64,000 nt of DNA. It comes from Podarcis muralis. Taxonomy: Eukaryota. The notes below the pieces were generated by a model. The model saw only the letters and a list, made by a program, of their open reading frames with translations. It did no database searches and was not told the origin of the DNA. This document shows positions 61,643 through 64,000 of this stretch, piece after piece (the first letter of the stretch is position 1; every line of letters starts with the position of its first letter). The translations under genes were made by a program, and so were the position numbers. The DNA is taken from contig NC_135667.1 in NCBI RefSeq assembly GCF_964188315.1, forward strand, positions 10,168,001 through 10,232,000, read 5' to 3'.

Positions 61643-62932
61643 ATATATATATATAACATATATAATCTTCCCAGGAGAGTTCTTAGCAGATGGAGAATCA
61701 GCCAATCTCTACAACCACTGTAAAGGTTACAGAGCAAAGGAACAGTTTCTATTGCTCTATCTCCACCTCAATCATTCCTTTATTAATATATTAAAATAAG
61801 CAATGATAATTTCTTCCCTCTACTTGAAAAGAATCGATGTGCACAAGTATGAAACTGTGATATAACAATAATAGTAATAATAATATCCACAGAAAGCATA
61901 GAGCAAGATTGTCTATGTTTTTCTATGTAAATTGAGGTTGGTGCTGTCCCTAAGCTTCATATATTTGGGATATATAGGATTTATATTTATATTCAAAGTA
62001 GTTGGAATACCATTAGTTTTTTATTACACTTGGAAATGTTTGGCTTTTTCCTTTTCCAGATTTCATTTGGCTCATTTGAACCAGCCATAAATGATGGAAC
62101 CGAGTTCCCTTCCTTTTACCGCATGGTTCCCAATGAAGATCATCAGTACAAGGGAATAATCCAGTTACTTCTGCATTTCAGATGGAAATGGGTTGGGCTC
62201 ATCACTCCAGCTAATGAAGCTGGAGAACGTTTCTTACAGACAATAGAACCAATGCTGTTCAATAATGGACTCTGTTCAGCATTCACAGAAAAAGTTAAAC
62301 CCAATGTGCATTATAACGGTAACATAGTAGGAACGCTGAATGCATGGTTTTCATTTACACCTTTTACAACCAGCAAAGCCAATGCAGTTCTTGTATATGG
62401 AGAAGGTAGATTTATTATATGGTTAGCAAGTGCTATAAAGACAATGGAGATAACTCAGTTACTACTTCCTTATAAGAAGTCACACGAAGGAAAAGTATGG
62501 ATTACAACAGCCCAACTTGATTTCATATTATATAGCCTGCAAAAAAAATTTAATGTTAATATACGAATGTTCCATGGTGCTATCTCCTTTGCGATTCACT
62601 CCAAGGAGATTCACAAATTTCAAGACTTTCTTCAGAATGTACATCCTTATTGGACAGACACAGATGGTTTTATCCAAGATTTCTGGGAAGATGCATTCAG
62701 TTGTTCACTTTCAAATGCCACTCTCTCACCAACCACGTGTACTGGAGAGGAGATGCTGGAGAGTCTCCCTGCACCATATTTTGAAATGAGCATGACTGGC
62801 CACAGCTACAGTATCTATAATGCTGTCTATGCTTTGGCACATGCCTTAAATAGAATGCACTTGGCTGCAGTCATCCGCAAAAGGAGAGATGCTAAGGGAA
62901 AACTCTCTCCTCAGTATGTAGAACCTTGGCAG
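59548..62932 (+). CDS. V2R: Vomeronasal type-2 receptor V2R-C, exons 1-3 (remainder not in window)
   Basis: Exons 59548-59780, 60545-60836 and 62060-62932 (873 nt, 12 nt shorter than in A and B). Open and phase-compatible. Confidence 0.9.
61583..61660. repeat. (TA)n microsatellite; others: (ATT)n 1185-1226, (AAT)n 3990-4031, (GT)n 21832-21866, (CTAT)n 29046-29071, (TAA)n 40008-40051
   Basis: Direct reading of the sequence. Confidence 0.95.
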
Positions 62933-63006
62933 GTAATGTTCTCTCTTACAAAGCATTCACTGCATTGATCCATTATGTGAGTTGGCATTTAATTATCAGT
63001 AATGAT

Positions 63007-63366
63007 ACGGGTGACGCTGTGGGTAAAAGCCTCAGCGCCTAGGGCTTGCCGATCGAAAGGTTGGCGGTTCGAATCCCCACGTCGGGGTGCGCTCCCGTTG
63101 CTTGGTCCCAGCGCCTGCCAACCTAGCAGTTCGAAAGCACCCCCAGGTGCAAGTAGATAAATAGGGACCGCTTACTGGCGGGAAGGTAAACGGCGTTTCC
63201 GTGTGCTGCGCTGGCTCGCCAGATGCAGCTTTGTCACGCTGGCCACGTGACCCGGAAGTGTCTCTGGACAGCGCTGGCCCCTGGCCTCTTAAGTGAGATG
63301 GGCACACAACCCCAGAGTCTGTCAAGACTGGTCCGTACGGGCAGGGGTACCTTTACCTTTACCTTT
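63007..63366 (+). mobile_element. Sauria SINE, full length, in V2R-C intron 3
   Basis: Very similar to 41928-42292 but at a different intronic position. Confidence 0.94.
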
Positions 63367-64000
63367 TAATGAAATAAAAGAATAGAAGTTAAGAAATTAA
63401 AGATAAACCTTAAGTAATTTTATTGTATCAAAGATGGGAATTAGAATATTTCCCATAGTGATACTGAACTGACTTTACATCACTCAAGCTTTCATATCTA
63501 ACCAGGCAACAACTATGACAGTTAACTCACATTCCTGGCCATCACACATATAAGCAGACTCATGTAAAGCCAGAATAACTCCTAGAAAACCAATTTAAAG
63601 CTATTTTTAAAAAACTGCTTCACTTACCGGTCAGGGACAAATGTGGCTCTTCCTCTTCCTCTTCTTCTCCCTCACTGAATGATTCTTCATATGATAAAAG
63701 CACCAGAGGGTCTGACTGACAGTCAGATGTTGTGTTCGGCTTGTTGTGCAGGGTTCATTTTGGAAGCCTCTTTTTCTGCATATGCAGCCTCCCCTGTCAT
63801 TCAGACATTCTTCAGGTTTAAGCAAATCTTAAAGCTGTTAAGCAAACCTGGGCTGGCTTTAAATTCCATTGGCAAGCTGGTCCTCATCTGTGAATGATTG
63901 GGAGTGGTCTTAGAGGATCGGAGGATTTTGGTTTACGATGCTGCTATCCACAGAAACCAATGTCCAGTTCATATCTTCCACCCATAAGTTCCGTGCCATC

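Overview
Vertebrate genomic DNA from a squamate reptile, probably a lacertid lizard. This is inferred from abundant Sauria-type SINEs with (ACCTTT)n tails plus L2, CR1, L1 and Penelope relics and Tigger/hAT MITEs. The window spans three gene clusters. (1) About 1-7.4 kb, minus strand: the distal end of a T-cell receptor alpha V array, with one intact TRAV (leader, V exon, 23-RSS), one V with a good RSS but apparently broken leader, and a possible relic. (2) About 15-35.6 kb, minus strand: five olfactory receptor loci, namely a deletion-derived fragment, an OR10S1-like gene with a premature stop before its C-terminal tail, an intact OR10G6-like gene and two further intact class II ORs. (3) About 38-63 kb, plus strand: three tandem vomeronasal type-2 receptor (V2R) genes, two complete with six exons and one running off the window. 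Main leads: a non-repetitive, CpG- and homeodomain-site-rich block (about 11.8-12.15 kb) between TRAV and the ORs that could be an H-element-like OR enhancer; a 73-bp duplication giving V2R-A two competing exon-4 acceptors; a duplicated half-exon 4 in V2R-B that could act as an in-frame cassette; an L2-tail hairpin downstream of an OR; and a 610-bp inversion between V2R paralogue spacers. There is one assembly gap (149 N). All alignments were made by eye, and family assignments come from recalled sequences and need database confirmation.
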